Assembly: GCA_902575395.1 (NCBI GenBank)
Contig: CACGRA010000002.1
Coordinates: 13,613-77,612, forward strand
Length of the DNA stretch: 64,000 nt
Direction of reading: 5' to 3'
Source of the DNA: an uncultured Fidelibacterota bacterium
Lineage (GTDB): Bacteria; Fidelibacterota; Marinisomatia; Marinisomatales; Marinisomataceae
Made by a program: the position numbers and the translations under genes. The notes below the pieces were generated by a model. That model made no database searches. It saw only the letters and a program-made list of their open reading frames with translations, and had not been told where the DNA came from. Below, one piece after another: positions 48,455-59,539 of this stretch; within the stretch, counting starts at the first letter, position 1, and the number at the start of each line of letters is the position of its first letter.

Positions 48455-49312
48455 ATGGCTAATCTTAAAGATATACAACAAAGAATTAAATCTGTAGGGA
48501 GTATACAGAAGGTAACTAAAGCTATGAAAATGGTTGCAGCTGCTAAGGTTAAAAGAGCACAGGAAAGGATGGAAATATCAAGGCCATACTCAAAAAATGT
48601 GCAGGATTTGATTTGCAGAATTTTACCTGAAATATCTTCATCAAATATAGATTTGATTGAAAAAAGAGATGTTAAGAAAAAAGGATTCATTGTCATTACC
48701 AGTGATAGAGGGTTTGCTGGATCTTTTAATTCTTCTGTAATCAGATTAACTGAAAAGGAAGTTGAAAAATTTGGAAAAGACAATGTTCAATTATTCTGTT
48801 TAGGGAAAAAATCATCAGAACATTTTTCTAGAAGAAATTATAATGTAAAAGAATCTTTTTATGATTTCTGGAAAGATATGAATTTTGATAATGCTTCTGA
48901 TATTACAGAGAAAATTATTGATTCATTTATCAATAAAGAAGTTGATGAAATTCATGTGATTTATAATAGATTTAGAAATCTTGGTTCTCAAGATTTAATG
49001 ATTGAAAAAGTGCTGCCAATTGATTTTACTGAAAATTATAATGTTAAGAATTATAACTATGATTATGAGCCGAGTCGACAATCAACCGTTAATGTTCTTC
49101 TGCCTAAACATCTTAAAGTCCAAATGTGGCAGCAGATGTTAGAGTCATATAGTAGTGAAGAGGCTGCAAGAATGGTAGCTATGGATAATGCAACAGAAAA
49201 TGCTAAAGAAATTATTAAAGAATTAAAACTAGAATTTAACAAAGCGCGTCAGGCAGCAATTACAACAGAAATGTTGGAGATTGTTGGTGGAGCAGAAGCG
49301 CTAGCAGATTAA
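48455..49312 (+). CDS. atpG: F-type ATP synthase subunit gamma
   Basis: N-terminal IKSVGSIQKVTKAMKMVAAAK and C-terminal ITTEMLEIVGGAEAL. Confidence 0.9.
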   Translation: MANLKDIQQRIKSVGSIQKVTKAMKMVAAAKVKRAQERMEISRPYSKNVQDLICRILPEISSSNIDLIEKRDVKKKGFIVITSDRGFAGSFNSSVIRLTEKEVEKFGKDNVQLFCLGKKSSEHFSRRNYNVKESFYDFWKDMNFDNASDITEKIIDSFINKEVDEIHVIYNRFRNLGSQDLMIEKVLPIDFTENYNVKNYNYDYEPSRQSTVNVLLPKHLKVQMWQQMLESYSSEEAARMVAMDNATENAKEIIKELKLEFNKARQAAITTEMLEIVGGAEALAD

Positions 49313-50994
<1,682 letters not shown>

Positions 50995-51011
50995 TTGTTA
51001 GATTAAAAAGT

Positions 51012-52766
51012 ATGTTTTCTAGAACAAATAATTGTGGTGAGCTTAATAAAACTCATATTGGCTCCAGTGTATTACTTTGTGGGTGGGTTAATTCTTTACG
51101 TACTCATGGTAAAATAATTTTTATTGATATCAGAGATAGGTACGGAAAAACACAAGTAATACTTGATAAAGACAATCTTATTGATAAAGGAAATTCATTA
51201 TCAAATGAAGATGTTATTAGTATATCAGGTAAAGTTAGTGCGCGAACAAAAGAATTTGTAAATAAAGAGATAGCTACAGGAGAAATTGAGGTAATAGTTG
51301 ATAAATTAGAGATACTAAGTGTATCTGACCCTCTTCCTGTTCCTATACATGATAGAGATGCTTCAACAGAAGAGCAGAGATTGAAATATCGTTATCTTGA
51401 ATTAAGAAATAAGACTTTGCAAGATAATCTTATCAAAAGACATCATGCAGCTCAAGTAGTAAGAAATTTTCTTTCAAAAAAAGATTTTATAGAAATTGAA
51501 ACGCCTGTATTAATGAAATCTACACCTGAAGGAGCTCGAGATTATTTGGTGCCTAGCAGAGTTCATCATGGAAAATTTTATGCTCTTCCACAATCTCCAC
51601 AAATGTATAAACAGTTATTTATGATTTCAGGCCTTGATAAATATTTTCAAATTGTTAAATGTTTTAGAGATGAAGATTTACGATCAGATAGACAACCAGA
51701 GTTTACACAAATTGATCTTGAAATGAGTTTTGTTGATGAACCAGATATAAGAAATCTTGTTGAAAATTTGATTACTACTGTGTTTAAAGAAGTCAATGAT
51801 GTAAAAATTAAAAAACCATTTCCTATTATTACGCATAACGAATCTATTCAAAGATATGGAACAGATAAACCAGATTTAAGATATGATATGGAATTAAATG
51901 ATTTTAAAGATTTTTCTGATAAATCTGATTTTAAATCTTTTAAAGATCTTGAATATATATCAATGATATCAGTCAAAGATGAAGGATTTTTTTCAAGAAA
52001 GATTATTGATGAATTAGATGATTATGCTAAATCGCTTGGTGCAAAAGGCTTAGCTTGGATGAAATGCAAAAATAATACATTAGATGGAGGTATTGCTAGA
52101 TTTTTTGATAGCAATCTTCAATCAGATATTATATCTAATTATAAATTAAAAAATAACTCAATATGTTTTATGGTTGGAGATAATTCAAAGTTAGCTTTAA
52201 AAGTTTTAGGTTCAGTAAGAACAAAGATTGCAGAAATGTTAAATCTTTGTGATAATACAATATTTAAACCTGTATGGATTGTTGATTTTCCTCTATTTGA
52301 ATGGGACGAAGAAAAAAAACGTTTTGAATCTGTCAATCATCCTTTTACAGCTCCCAAAGATAGCGATATAGAAAAACTTTCTTCTCATCCAGAAGATGTT
52401 ATATCTAAAGGATACGATATTGTTATTAATGGTTATGAAGTAGCAGGCGGATCTATCAGAATTCATGATAATGAAATGCAAAAACAGATTTTTGAGATTA
52501 TGAATATGAAAGAAAAAGAGATTAATGAAAAATTTGGATTTTTCATTGATGCTCTTAAGTTTGGAACTCCACCGCATGGTGGAATCGCATTTGGTTTTGA
52601 TAGATTGGTTATGTTATTGTGTGGAGTTAACAATATTAGAGATATTATTGCATTTCCAAAGACTACTTCTGCATCAGCTTTAATGGAAGAGGCTCCTAAT
52701 ACTATTTCTGAAACACAGTTAAATGATTTAAATATATCTATCAATGACAATGAAAAAGACATTTGA
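51012..52766 (+). CDS. aspS: Aspartate--tRNA ligase
   Basis: OB-fold N-terminus. Class II motifs (FRDEDLRSDRQPEFTQID, GGSIRIH, GFDRLVMLL). Bacterial insertion domain present. Confidence 0.95.
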   Translation: MFSRTNNCGELNKTHIGSSVLLCGWVNSLRTHGKIIFIDIRDRYGKTQVILDKDNLIDKGNSLSNEDVISISGKVSARTKEFVNKEIATGEIEVIVDKLEILSVSDPLPVPIHDRDASTEEQRLKYRYLELRNKTLQDNLIKRHHAAQVVRNFLSKKDFIEIETPVLMKSTPEGARDYLVPSRVHHGKFYALPQSPQMYKQLFMISGLDKYFQIVKCFRDEDLRSDRQPEFTQIDLEMSFVDEPDIRNLVENLITTVFKEVNDVKIKKPFPIITHNESIQRYGTDKPDLRYDMELNDFKDFSDKSDFKSFKDLEYISMISVKDEGFFSRKIIDELDDYAKSLGAKGLAWMKCKNNTLDGGIARFFDSNLQSDIISNYKLKNNSICFMVGDNSKLALKVLGSVRTKIAEMLNLCDNTIFKPVWIVDFPLFEWDEEKKRFESVNHPFTAPKDSDIEKLSSHPEDVISKGYDIVINGYEVAGGSIRIHDNEMQKQIFEIMNMKEKEINEKFGFFIDALKFGTPPHGGIAFGFDRLVMLLCGVNNIRDIIAFPKTTSASALMEEAPNTISETQLNDLNISINDNEKDI

Positions 52767-53685
52767 AATCAAAGGCGTAGATCTTATTTCACTATATGGT
52801 ATTAGTGATCAAAATATTATTTTTATAGAAAAAAATCTTCCTATCAATATAGATATACGCGGAGATAATCTCTTTTGCCAAGGATTAAAGAAAGATATTG
52901 ATAATTTTTCGATTGTTTTAAGCCATATGATAGAATCTGTTAAAAAAGGGAATAATATTACCACTAAAGATATAAAACAGCTCTTAACTATGAACATAAA
53001 AGACTTGAATGCTAAAAATAATGTTGATGAGGTGCTTTTTTATGGAAAGAAAGGTCCTATATATGCTAGGAGCGATGGTCAGAAAAATCTACTGAAATCA
53101 TTATTTGATAATGATATTGTTATATCTGTAGGTCCTGCAGGTACTGGAAAAACTTTTCTAGCTGTAGCTCATGCAGTATCACTGCTTGAGAAACATGAGA
53201 TTGATAAGATTGTGTTATGTAGGCCAGCAGTAGAGGCTGGAGAAAGTTTAGGTTTTCTTCCTGGAGATTTACGCGATAAAATTGATCCATATCTTGCTCC
53301 GCTTTATGATGCATTGAATGATTTGCTTCCGAAAAATAAAGTTCAAACTTTAGTTAATAATAATATTATTGAAATAATTCCTTTAGCATATATGCGAGGG
53401 AGAACTATTAATAGAGCAGCAATGATTTTAGATGAAGCACAAAACGCATCTCCAATACAAATGAAAATGTTTTTAACAAGATTAGGTATAGAGTCAAAAG
53501 CAATTATTACAGGAGATATATCACAAATTGATTTACCTAAAAAAACAAATTCTGGATTAGTTGAGGTATTAAAGATTTTAAAAAGTATTAAAGGAATTGG
53601 AATTGTTAAATTAAATGAAAGCGATATTACGAGACATGAATTAGTAAAAGATATTATTAATGCGTATTCTAAAATTAAAAAATAA
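52744..53685 (+). CDS. phoH: PhoH-family ATPase
   Basis: Walker A GPAGTGKTF and ILDEAQN. An ATG at 52750 is an alternative start. Confidence 0.85.
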   Translation: MTMKKTFEIKGVDLISLYGISDQNIIFIEKNLPINIDIRGDNLFCQGLKKDIDNFSIVLSHMIESVKKGNNITTKDIKQLLTMNIKDLNAKNNVDEVLFYGKKGPIYARSDGQKNLLKSLFDNDIVISVGPAGTGKTFLAVAHAVSLLEKHEIDKIVLCRPAVEAGESLGFLPGDLRDKIDPYLAPLYDALNDLLPKNKVQTLVNNNIIEIIPLAYMRGRTINRAAMILDEAQNASPIQMKMFLTRLGIESKAIITGDISQIDLPKKTNSGLVEVLKILKSIKGIGIVKLNESDITRHELVKDIINAYSKIKK

Positions 53686-53700
53686 AAAAAAGGATTTATA

Positions 53701-54777
53701 ATGAATCAAATATTTGAAAATATTACTGATAAAGATCATGAACAGATTGTTTATTGTAATGATCCAAGCTCTGGTTTAAAAGCAATCATTGCGATTCATA
53801 GCACAGCTCTTGGTCCTGCTCTAGGTGGTTGTAGAATGTATCCTTATAAAAATGAAGATGATGCTTTAATTGATGTTCTTAGGCTATCAAGAGGGATGAC
53901 TTATAAAGCATCAATTGCTAATCTAAATTTAGGTGGAGGAAAAGCAGTTATTATTGGAGATCCAAAAAAAGATAAATCAGAAGTATTATTACGTTCTTTT
54001 GGGAAATTTGTTGATAGTTTAAATGGTAAATATATTACTGCAGAAGATGTTGGTATGTCAGTTCATGATATGGAATTTATAAGAATGGAAACTAATCATG
54101 TAACTGGTATTAAAAGAGCGATGGGAGGTAGTGGAGATCCATCAATATTAACTGCTCTTGGACTTTATGTTGGCATGCAAGCTGCGCTAAAGAAAAAATT
54201 AAATATCAACTCACTAAAAGGTTTAAAAGTTGGAATTCAAGGATTAGGAAAAGTTGGTTATTATTTATGTGAAAATCTTAAAAAAGATGATGTCGAGATT
54301 TATGGTTATGACATTGATAAGAATAGATTGGATGAAGCAATACAAGATCATGGGGTTATACCTGTATCTAACGATGAATTACTATCTATGGATTTAGATA
54401 TTTTTTCTCCTTGTGCATTAGGAGCTGTAATTAACCCTTCATCTATTAAAACATTGAAATGTGCTGTTATTGCTGGTGCTGCTAATAATCAATTAGAAAA
54501 AGAATCTAGAGATTCAAAACTATTGTCAGAGAAAGGAATAATGTATGTTCCTGACTATGTTATTAATTCAGGTGGATTGATGAATGTTGCAAATGAACTT
54601 CAAGGTTATAATAAAGATAAAGCAAGATATCAAGTCGAAGGAATCTATTACATATTGATGAGAATTTTTGATTATGCTTTATCTAATAATATATCAACAT
54701 TGGAAGCAGCAAATCATCTTGCTGAAAGAAGAATTGAAGAGTTTGTGAGATGGAATCATAAATGGATAGAAAAATAG
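53701..54777 (+). CDS. Leu/Phe/Val-type amino-acid dehydrogenase
   Basis: LGPALGGCRM, GGGKAVIIGDP and GLGKVG Rossmann motifs. 358 aa. Confidence 0.8.
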   Translation: MNQIFENITDKDHEQIVYCNDPSSGLKAIIAIHSTALGPALGGCRMYPYKNEDDALIDVLRLSRGMTYKASIANLNLGGGKAVIIGDPKKDKSEVLLRSFGKFVDSLNGKYITAEDVGMSVHDMEFIRMETNHVTGIKRAMGGSGDPSILTALGLYVGMQAALKKKLNINSLKGLKVGIQGLGKVGYYLCENLKKDDVEIYGYDIDKNRLDEAIQDHGVIPVSNDELLSMDLDIFSPCALGAVINPSSIKTLKCAVIAGAANNQLEKESRDSKLLSEKGIMYVPDYVINSGGLMNVANELQGYNKDKARYQVEGIYYILMRIFDYALSNNISTLEAANHLAERRIEEFVRWNHKWIEK

Positions 54778-54786
54778 TAATTATAA

Positions 54787-55203
54787 ATGACTAATAAACA
54801 ACAACGAAAAAAAGCAAGAGAAGCAGTTTTACAGGCGTTATATGCTATTCATCTATCTCAAGAAAATGAAGAAAAAGTCCTGAGAGATATTAATGAACGA
54901 TATAATTTTGATTCAGCCACCAAAGAATTTATTGATGAATTATTTAGAAATACTATCAATGACCGTAAAGTATTAGATGCAAAAATTGAAGGAGCATTAG
55001 AAAATTGGGATATCGAAAGAATTAATGTTATAGATAGATTAATAATGCAAATGGCAATCTGTGAAATGCTATCTTTAAAAAAATATGAAATACCTTACCA
55101 GGTAACAATTAGTTCTGCAATTGAGAATGCAAAGAAATTTAGCTCTGAAGATAGCACTGCATTTGTTAATGGTATCCTAGATACTATACACAAGACATTA
55201 TAA
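54787..55203 (+). CDS. nusB: Transcription antitermination factor NusB
   Basis: AREAVLQALYA N-terminus and FVNGILD near the C-terminus. Confidence 0.85.
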   Translation: MTNKQQRKKAREAVLQALYAIHLSQENEEKVLRDINERYNFDSATKEFIDELFRNTINDRKVLDAKIEGALENWDIERINVIDRLIMQMAICEMLSLKKYEIPYQVTISSAIENAKKFSSEDSTAFVNGILDTIHKTL

Positions 55204-55207
55204 TAAA

Positions 55208-58200
55208 ATGAGTTTTTTAACAAAAATATTTGGAACAAAATCAGATCGAGAAATCAAAAAGATATCTCCTATTGTTAAAGAGATTAATTTAATCTATGAC
55301 AGTCTAGAAGGTAAAAATGAGGATTATCTTGTTCAGCGTACAAAAGAATTACAAAATAAAGTTGTTGAAAAAATTTCTGAAAAAGAACAAAAACAACTAG
55401 ATGGTTTAAATGATAGAAAGGAAATACAAAAAGCAAGACGAGAAATAGAGAAAAATGTTTTATCAGATATATTACCTGAATCTTTTGCGTTAGTAAAACA
55501 TGCATCACGACTTTTATGTGGAAAAAGTTGGGATGTAGTAGGTCAAGTAGTTGATTGGGAAATGATTCCTTATGATGAGCAGTTGATTGGAGGAGTGGTA
55601 TTGCACAATGGTAAAATATCTGAAATGAAAACTGGTGAAGGTAAAACTTTAGTTGCTACCATGCCTATTTATTTAAATGCGCTTTCAGGAAGAGGAGTGC
55701 ATGTTGTAACTGTAAATGACTATTTAGCACAACGTGATGCTCAATGGATGGGTAAATTATTTGAAACATTAGGGCTATCTGTTGGCTATATATTGAATTC
55801 TATGAGCCCAGAGGAGAGAAAACAAGCATATGCTTGTGATGTTACTTATGGCACTAATAATGAATTCGGTTTTGATTATTTGCGAGACAATATGACTATT
55901 GATTCTGATCATTTGGTTCAGAGACCTCATCATTATGCAATTATAGATGAAGTTGATAGTGTTCTTATTGATGAAGCAAGAACCCCATTAATAATTTCTG
56001 GTCCTGTTGAAACCACTATCAATCAATCTTATGTTGATTTACGTCGTCCTGTACAATCTTTAGTTCATCAGCAAAATCAACTTGTATCTGAGCTAGTAAG
56101 AAAAGCAGAAGATTGTATTAAGAAAGATAATTCATCTCAAGATGACCTTGATAACGCTGGAAAATTTTTATTACAAGCAAAAAGAGGGTTACCAAAACAT
56201 AAAATGTTACAGAAAATATTTCAAGAGCAGGGGAATCTAAAATTAGCTAACAGAATTGAATCTGAATATATTGCCGAAAAAAAATTGCATGAACTTGATG
56301 AAGATCTTTATTTTTCAATTGATGAACATTCCAATAGCGTTGATTTATCTGACAAAGGAAGAGAATCTCTCTCACCTGACAATCCAGAAGCTTTCACAAT
56401 TCCTGATTTAGGAGAAATGTTGAGTGATATTGATGATGATACTTCATTATCAGATGATCAAAAAAGACTCAATAAAGAGAAAGCTTATCAGTTGCATTCA
56501 GAAAGAAGTAGTAAAATTCATTATTTAAATCAATTGCTTAAAGCATATACTTTGTTTGATAAAGATATAGAATATGTTGTTCAGAATGGACAAGTCTTAA
56601 TTGTTGATGAATTCACAGGAAGAATTCTTCCAGGTAGACGATTTAGTGGAGGTCTTCATCAAGCTCTTGAAGCAAAAGAAAATGTAAAGATAGAGAAAGA
56701 GACCCAAACCCTTGCTTCAATTACAATACAAAATTACTTTAGAATGTATGATAAACTTTCTGGAATGACTGGTACTGCAGATACTGAAGCGCCTGAATTT
56801 GAAAATATTTATAATTTAGGAGTTACTGTAATCCCAACACATCAACCTGTCATAAGAAAAGACCATGATGATGCAATCTACAAGAATAAACGTGCAAAAT
56901 ATAAAGCAGTTATTAATGAAATATCTTCTTACTATAAAAAAGAACAACCAGTTTTAATTGGTACTATTTCTGTCGAGGTTTCGGAGTTATTATCAAAAAT
57001 GTTAAAGCAAAAAGGAATCCCTCATAATGTATTAAATGCAAAACATCATCAAAGCGAAGCAGAAATAGTTACAAAAGCAGGATTAAAAAAAGCTGTTACT
57101 ATCGCAACTAATATGGCGGGAAGAGGAACTGATATTAAATTAGGTCCAGGAGTAGAAGAATTAGGCGGTTTACATATCATTGGAACATCGAGACATGAAT
57201 CAAGACGTATTGATTTGCAGTTGCGTGGTAGATCTGGGAGACAAGGAGACAATGGTTCTTCAAAGTTTTATGTATCATTAGAAGATGACCTAATGAGATT
57301 ATTTAATATGGAAGCGGTAGCGGGAGTAATGGATCGTATGTCTTATGATGAAGACCAAGAATTAAGCGCTGGTTTACTTAATCGCGCTGTTAGCAATGCT
57401 CAGAAAAAAGTAGAAGAAAGAAATTTTGGAATTAGAAAACATTTACTAGAGTATGATGATGTCTTAAATCAACAACGTGAGATAATATATGATTTAAGAA
57501 ATAAAGCTCTTCTTTCAGAATCAATTAAACCATCAATCCAAGAATTTATATATGATTTCATTGATAATATTTTTGATAGTTTAGATATAAATGATATTAA
57601 AAATTGGGATTGGCAGGGGATTAATCAAAATCTTATGTCTTATTTATTAATAGAGGTAGATAAATCAGAGTTCGAAAGTATCGAAGAAAAAGATCAAGCA
57701 GTGAACAAAATCTATGATATTGCTATTGATTATTATGACAAAAAAGAAGAATTGATTCCATCAGAAATGCTTAGAAAGTTAGAAAAGTTTGTTGTATTGC
57801 GCACTATTGATGAAAAATGGAGAAATCATTTGTTAGCAATGGATCAATTAAGAGAAGGAATAGGTCTTAGAGCATTTGGACAAAAGAATCCATTAGTTGA
57901 ATATAAAGCTGAAGCATACAATTTCTTTCAAGAATTAATGATTAGCCTTCAAGAATCAATTATACAAAGAATTCTTCATGCTCAAATACAAGATTCATCT
58001 GATGAAAAACAAAATAATCCATTAAATAGAAACATACAATTAAGCCGTCCAAATGTTGCTGGCATTTCATCTGATGAAAGTTCTGATAGCCAACAACAAA
58101 GTGTTAGTGTTTCAAAAACGGATGCAGGAGAAAAGATAGGAAGAAATGAAAAAATTAAAGTAATTGATACAAATGGTAATGAAATTGAGATTAAATTCAA

Positions 58201-58246
58201 AAAGTTAGAATCTTATTTAAAAAGAGGATATAAACGTGTCGAATAA
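55208..58246 (+). CDS. secA: Preprotein translocase ATPase SecA (no C-terminal zinc-binding motif)
   Basis: MKTGEGKTLVA Walker A, DEVDSVLIDEARTPLIISG and TNMAGRGTDI. The last ~60 aa contain no Cys or His. Confidence 0.97.
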   Translation: MSFLTKIFGTKSDREIKKISPIVKEINLIYDSLEGKNEDYLVQRTKELQNKVVEKISEKEQKQLDGLNDRKEIQKARREIEKNVLSDILPESFALVKHASRLLCGKSWDVVGQVVDWEMIPYDEQLIGGVVLHNGKISEMKTGEGKTLVATMPIYLNALSGRGVHVVTVNDYLAQRDAQWMGKLFETLGLSVGYILNSMSPEERKQAYACDVTYGTNNEFGFDYLRDNMTIDSDHLVQRPHHYAIIDEVDSVLIDEARTPLIISGPVETTINQSYVDLRRPVQSLVHQQNQLVSELVRKAEDCIKKDNSSQDDLDNAGKFLLQAKRGLPKHKMLQKIFQEQGNLKLANRIESEYIAEKKLHELDEDLYFSIDEHSNSVDLSDKGRESLSPDNPEAFTIPDLGEMLSDIDDDTSLSDDQKRLNKEKAYQLHSERSSKIHYLNQLLKAYTLFDKDIEYVVQNGQVLIVDEFTGRILPGRRFSGGLHQALEAKENVKIEKETQTLASITIQNYFRMYDKLSGMTGTADTEAPEFENIYNLGVTVIPTHQPVIRKDHDDAIYKNKRAKYKAVINEISSYYKKEQPVLIGTISVEVSELLSKMLKQKGIPHNVLNAKHHQSEAEIVTKAGLKKAVTIATNMAGRGTDIKLGPGVEELGGLHIIGTSRHESRRIDLQLRGRSGRQGDNGSSKFYVSLEDDLMRLFNMEAVAGVMDRMSYDEDQELSAGLLNRAVSNAQKKVEERNFGIRKHLLEYDDVLNQQREIIYDLRNKALLSESIKPSIQEFIYDFIDNIFDSLDINDIKNWDWQGINQNLMSYLLIEVDKSEFESIEEKDQAVNKIYDIAIDYYDKKEELIPSEMLRKLEKFVVLRTIDEKWRNHLLAMDQLREGIGLRAFGQKNPLVEYKAEAYNFFQELMISLQESIIQRILHAQIQDSSDEKQNNPLNRNIQLSRPNVAGISSDESSDSQQQSVSVSKTDAGEKIGRNEKIKVIDTNGNEIEIKFKKLESYLKRGYKRVE

Positions 58247-59411
58247 AAAAGATAAATTACATTTTTCAACTAAATCAATTCATGTTGGCAATGATGCTGA
58301 TGAAACCGGTGCTGCTGTTACACCAATTCATTTAAGCACAACCTTTAAACAACCATCATTTGCAAGCACAGAAGAATTTGTTTATTCAAGGGTTGATAGT
58401 CCTACTGTTAAGAGATTGGAAGAAAATCTTGCAATGCTAGAGAATGCAAATTATGCATATGCATTTTCTTCAGGTATGGCTGCTATGACTGCAATATTTA
58501 CAATGTTTAAACCAGGTGATCATGTAATTATATCAAAAAATGTTTATGGAGGAGTATTTCGACTTGTTACTAGAGTGTTAGATAATAATGGAGTTGATTT
58601 TGAATTTCTTGATACTACTGATATTGAAAATATCAAAAAAGCAGTTAATGAAAATACTAAACTTATTCATCTTGAAACTCCTAGTAATCCTTTATTAGAG
58701 CTTGCAGATATTCGTTCTACTTCAGAAATATGTAAAAAGAATAATATATTGCTCAGTATTGATAACACATTTATGAGTCCATATGGCCAAAGACCTCTAG
58801 ATCTTGGTGCAGATATTGTAATGCATAGTACCACAAAATTTATTAGCGGTCATTGTGATGTGCTTAGTGGAGCATTAATGATCAATGATGAGAAAGTATC
58901 TGAAAAAATTAAGTTAATTCAAAATACTGCAGGAGCTGTTGTAAGCCCTTTTGATGCATGGTTGCTTCTAAGATCAGTAAAAACCATATCTCTAAGAGTT
59001 CAAAAACAGTTTGATAATGCAAAGCATATTGCAGAATGGTTAGATAATAATCCTAAGGTAACAAAAGTAACTTATCCAGGTTTGCCATCTCACAATCAGT
59101 TTGAATTAGCTTCTCAGCAACAATTTTCTCCAGATAATAAACCAGTATATGGTAGCATGATATCATTCGAAGTAGATAGCAGTGTTGACTTAGATAAGTT
59201 TGCAAAGAAATTGAATATTATTACTCTTGCTGAAAGTCTTGGAGGCGTAAAATCATTAATTTCTTGCCCATATTCTATGACGCATGCATCAGTTCCAGAA
59301 GATGAAAAGATAAAATTAGGCATTACTCCAAATTTGTTGAGATTTTCTATTGGAATAGAGCATGTCGAAGACTTAATTTCAGAGCTAGATTTTGCTATGA
59401 GCGATAATTAA
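58236..59411 (+). CDS. Cys/Met-metabolism PLP enzyme (cystathionine gamma-synthase / beta-lyase family)
   Basis: GTG start. PLP-lysine region HSTTKFISGHCDV. Confidence 0.8.
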   Translation: MSNKKDKLHFSTKSIHVGNDADETGAAVTPIHLSTTFKQPSFASTEEFVYSRVDSPTVKRLEENLAMLENANYAYAFSSGMAAMTAIFTMFKPGDHVIISKNVYGGVFRLVTRVLDNNGVDFEFLDTTDIENIKKAVNENTKLIHLETPSNPLLELADIRSTSEICKKNNILLSIDNTFMSPYGQRPLDLGADIVMHSTTKFISGHCDVLSGALMINDEKVSEKIKLIQNTAGAVVSPFDAWLLLRSVKTISLRVQKQFDNAKHIAEWLDNNPKVTKVTYPGLPSHNQFELASQQQFSPDNKPVYGSMISFEVDSSVDLDKFAKKLNIITLAESLGGVKSLISCPYSMTHASVPEDEKIKLGITPNLLRFSIGIEHVEDLISELDFAMSDN

Positions 59412-59454
59412 ATCTACTTTTCAAGCAATTTTTTATATATTCCATTTATAGTAT

Positions 59455-59536
59455 GCCGCAGTGGCGGAATTGGTAGACGCGCTGGTCTTAGGAACCAGTA
59501 CTGCAAAGTGTGAAGGTTCGAGTCCTTTCTGCGGCA
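59455..59536 (+). tRNA. tRNA-Leu (anticodon UAG)
   Basis: Acceptor GCCGCAG/CTGCGGC, anticodon stem CTGGT/ACCAG with loop CTTAGGA, a long variable arm, T-loop TTCGAGT and discriminator A. Confidence 0.9.
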
Positions 59537-59539
59537 CTT

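Noticed and set aside
59510-59539. GTG start of the permease ORF in the track
   Set aside because: It lies inside the T-arm and acceptor stem of tRNA-Leu. ATG 59540 gives a natural N-terminus.
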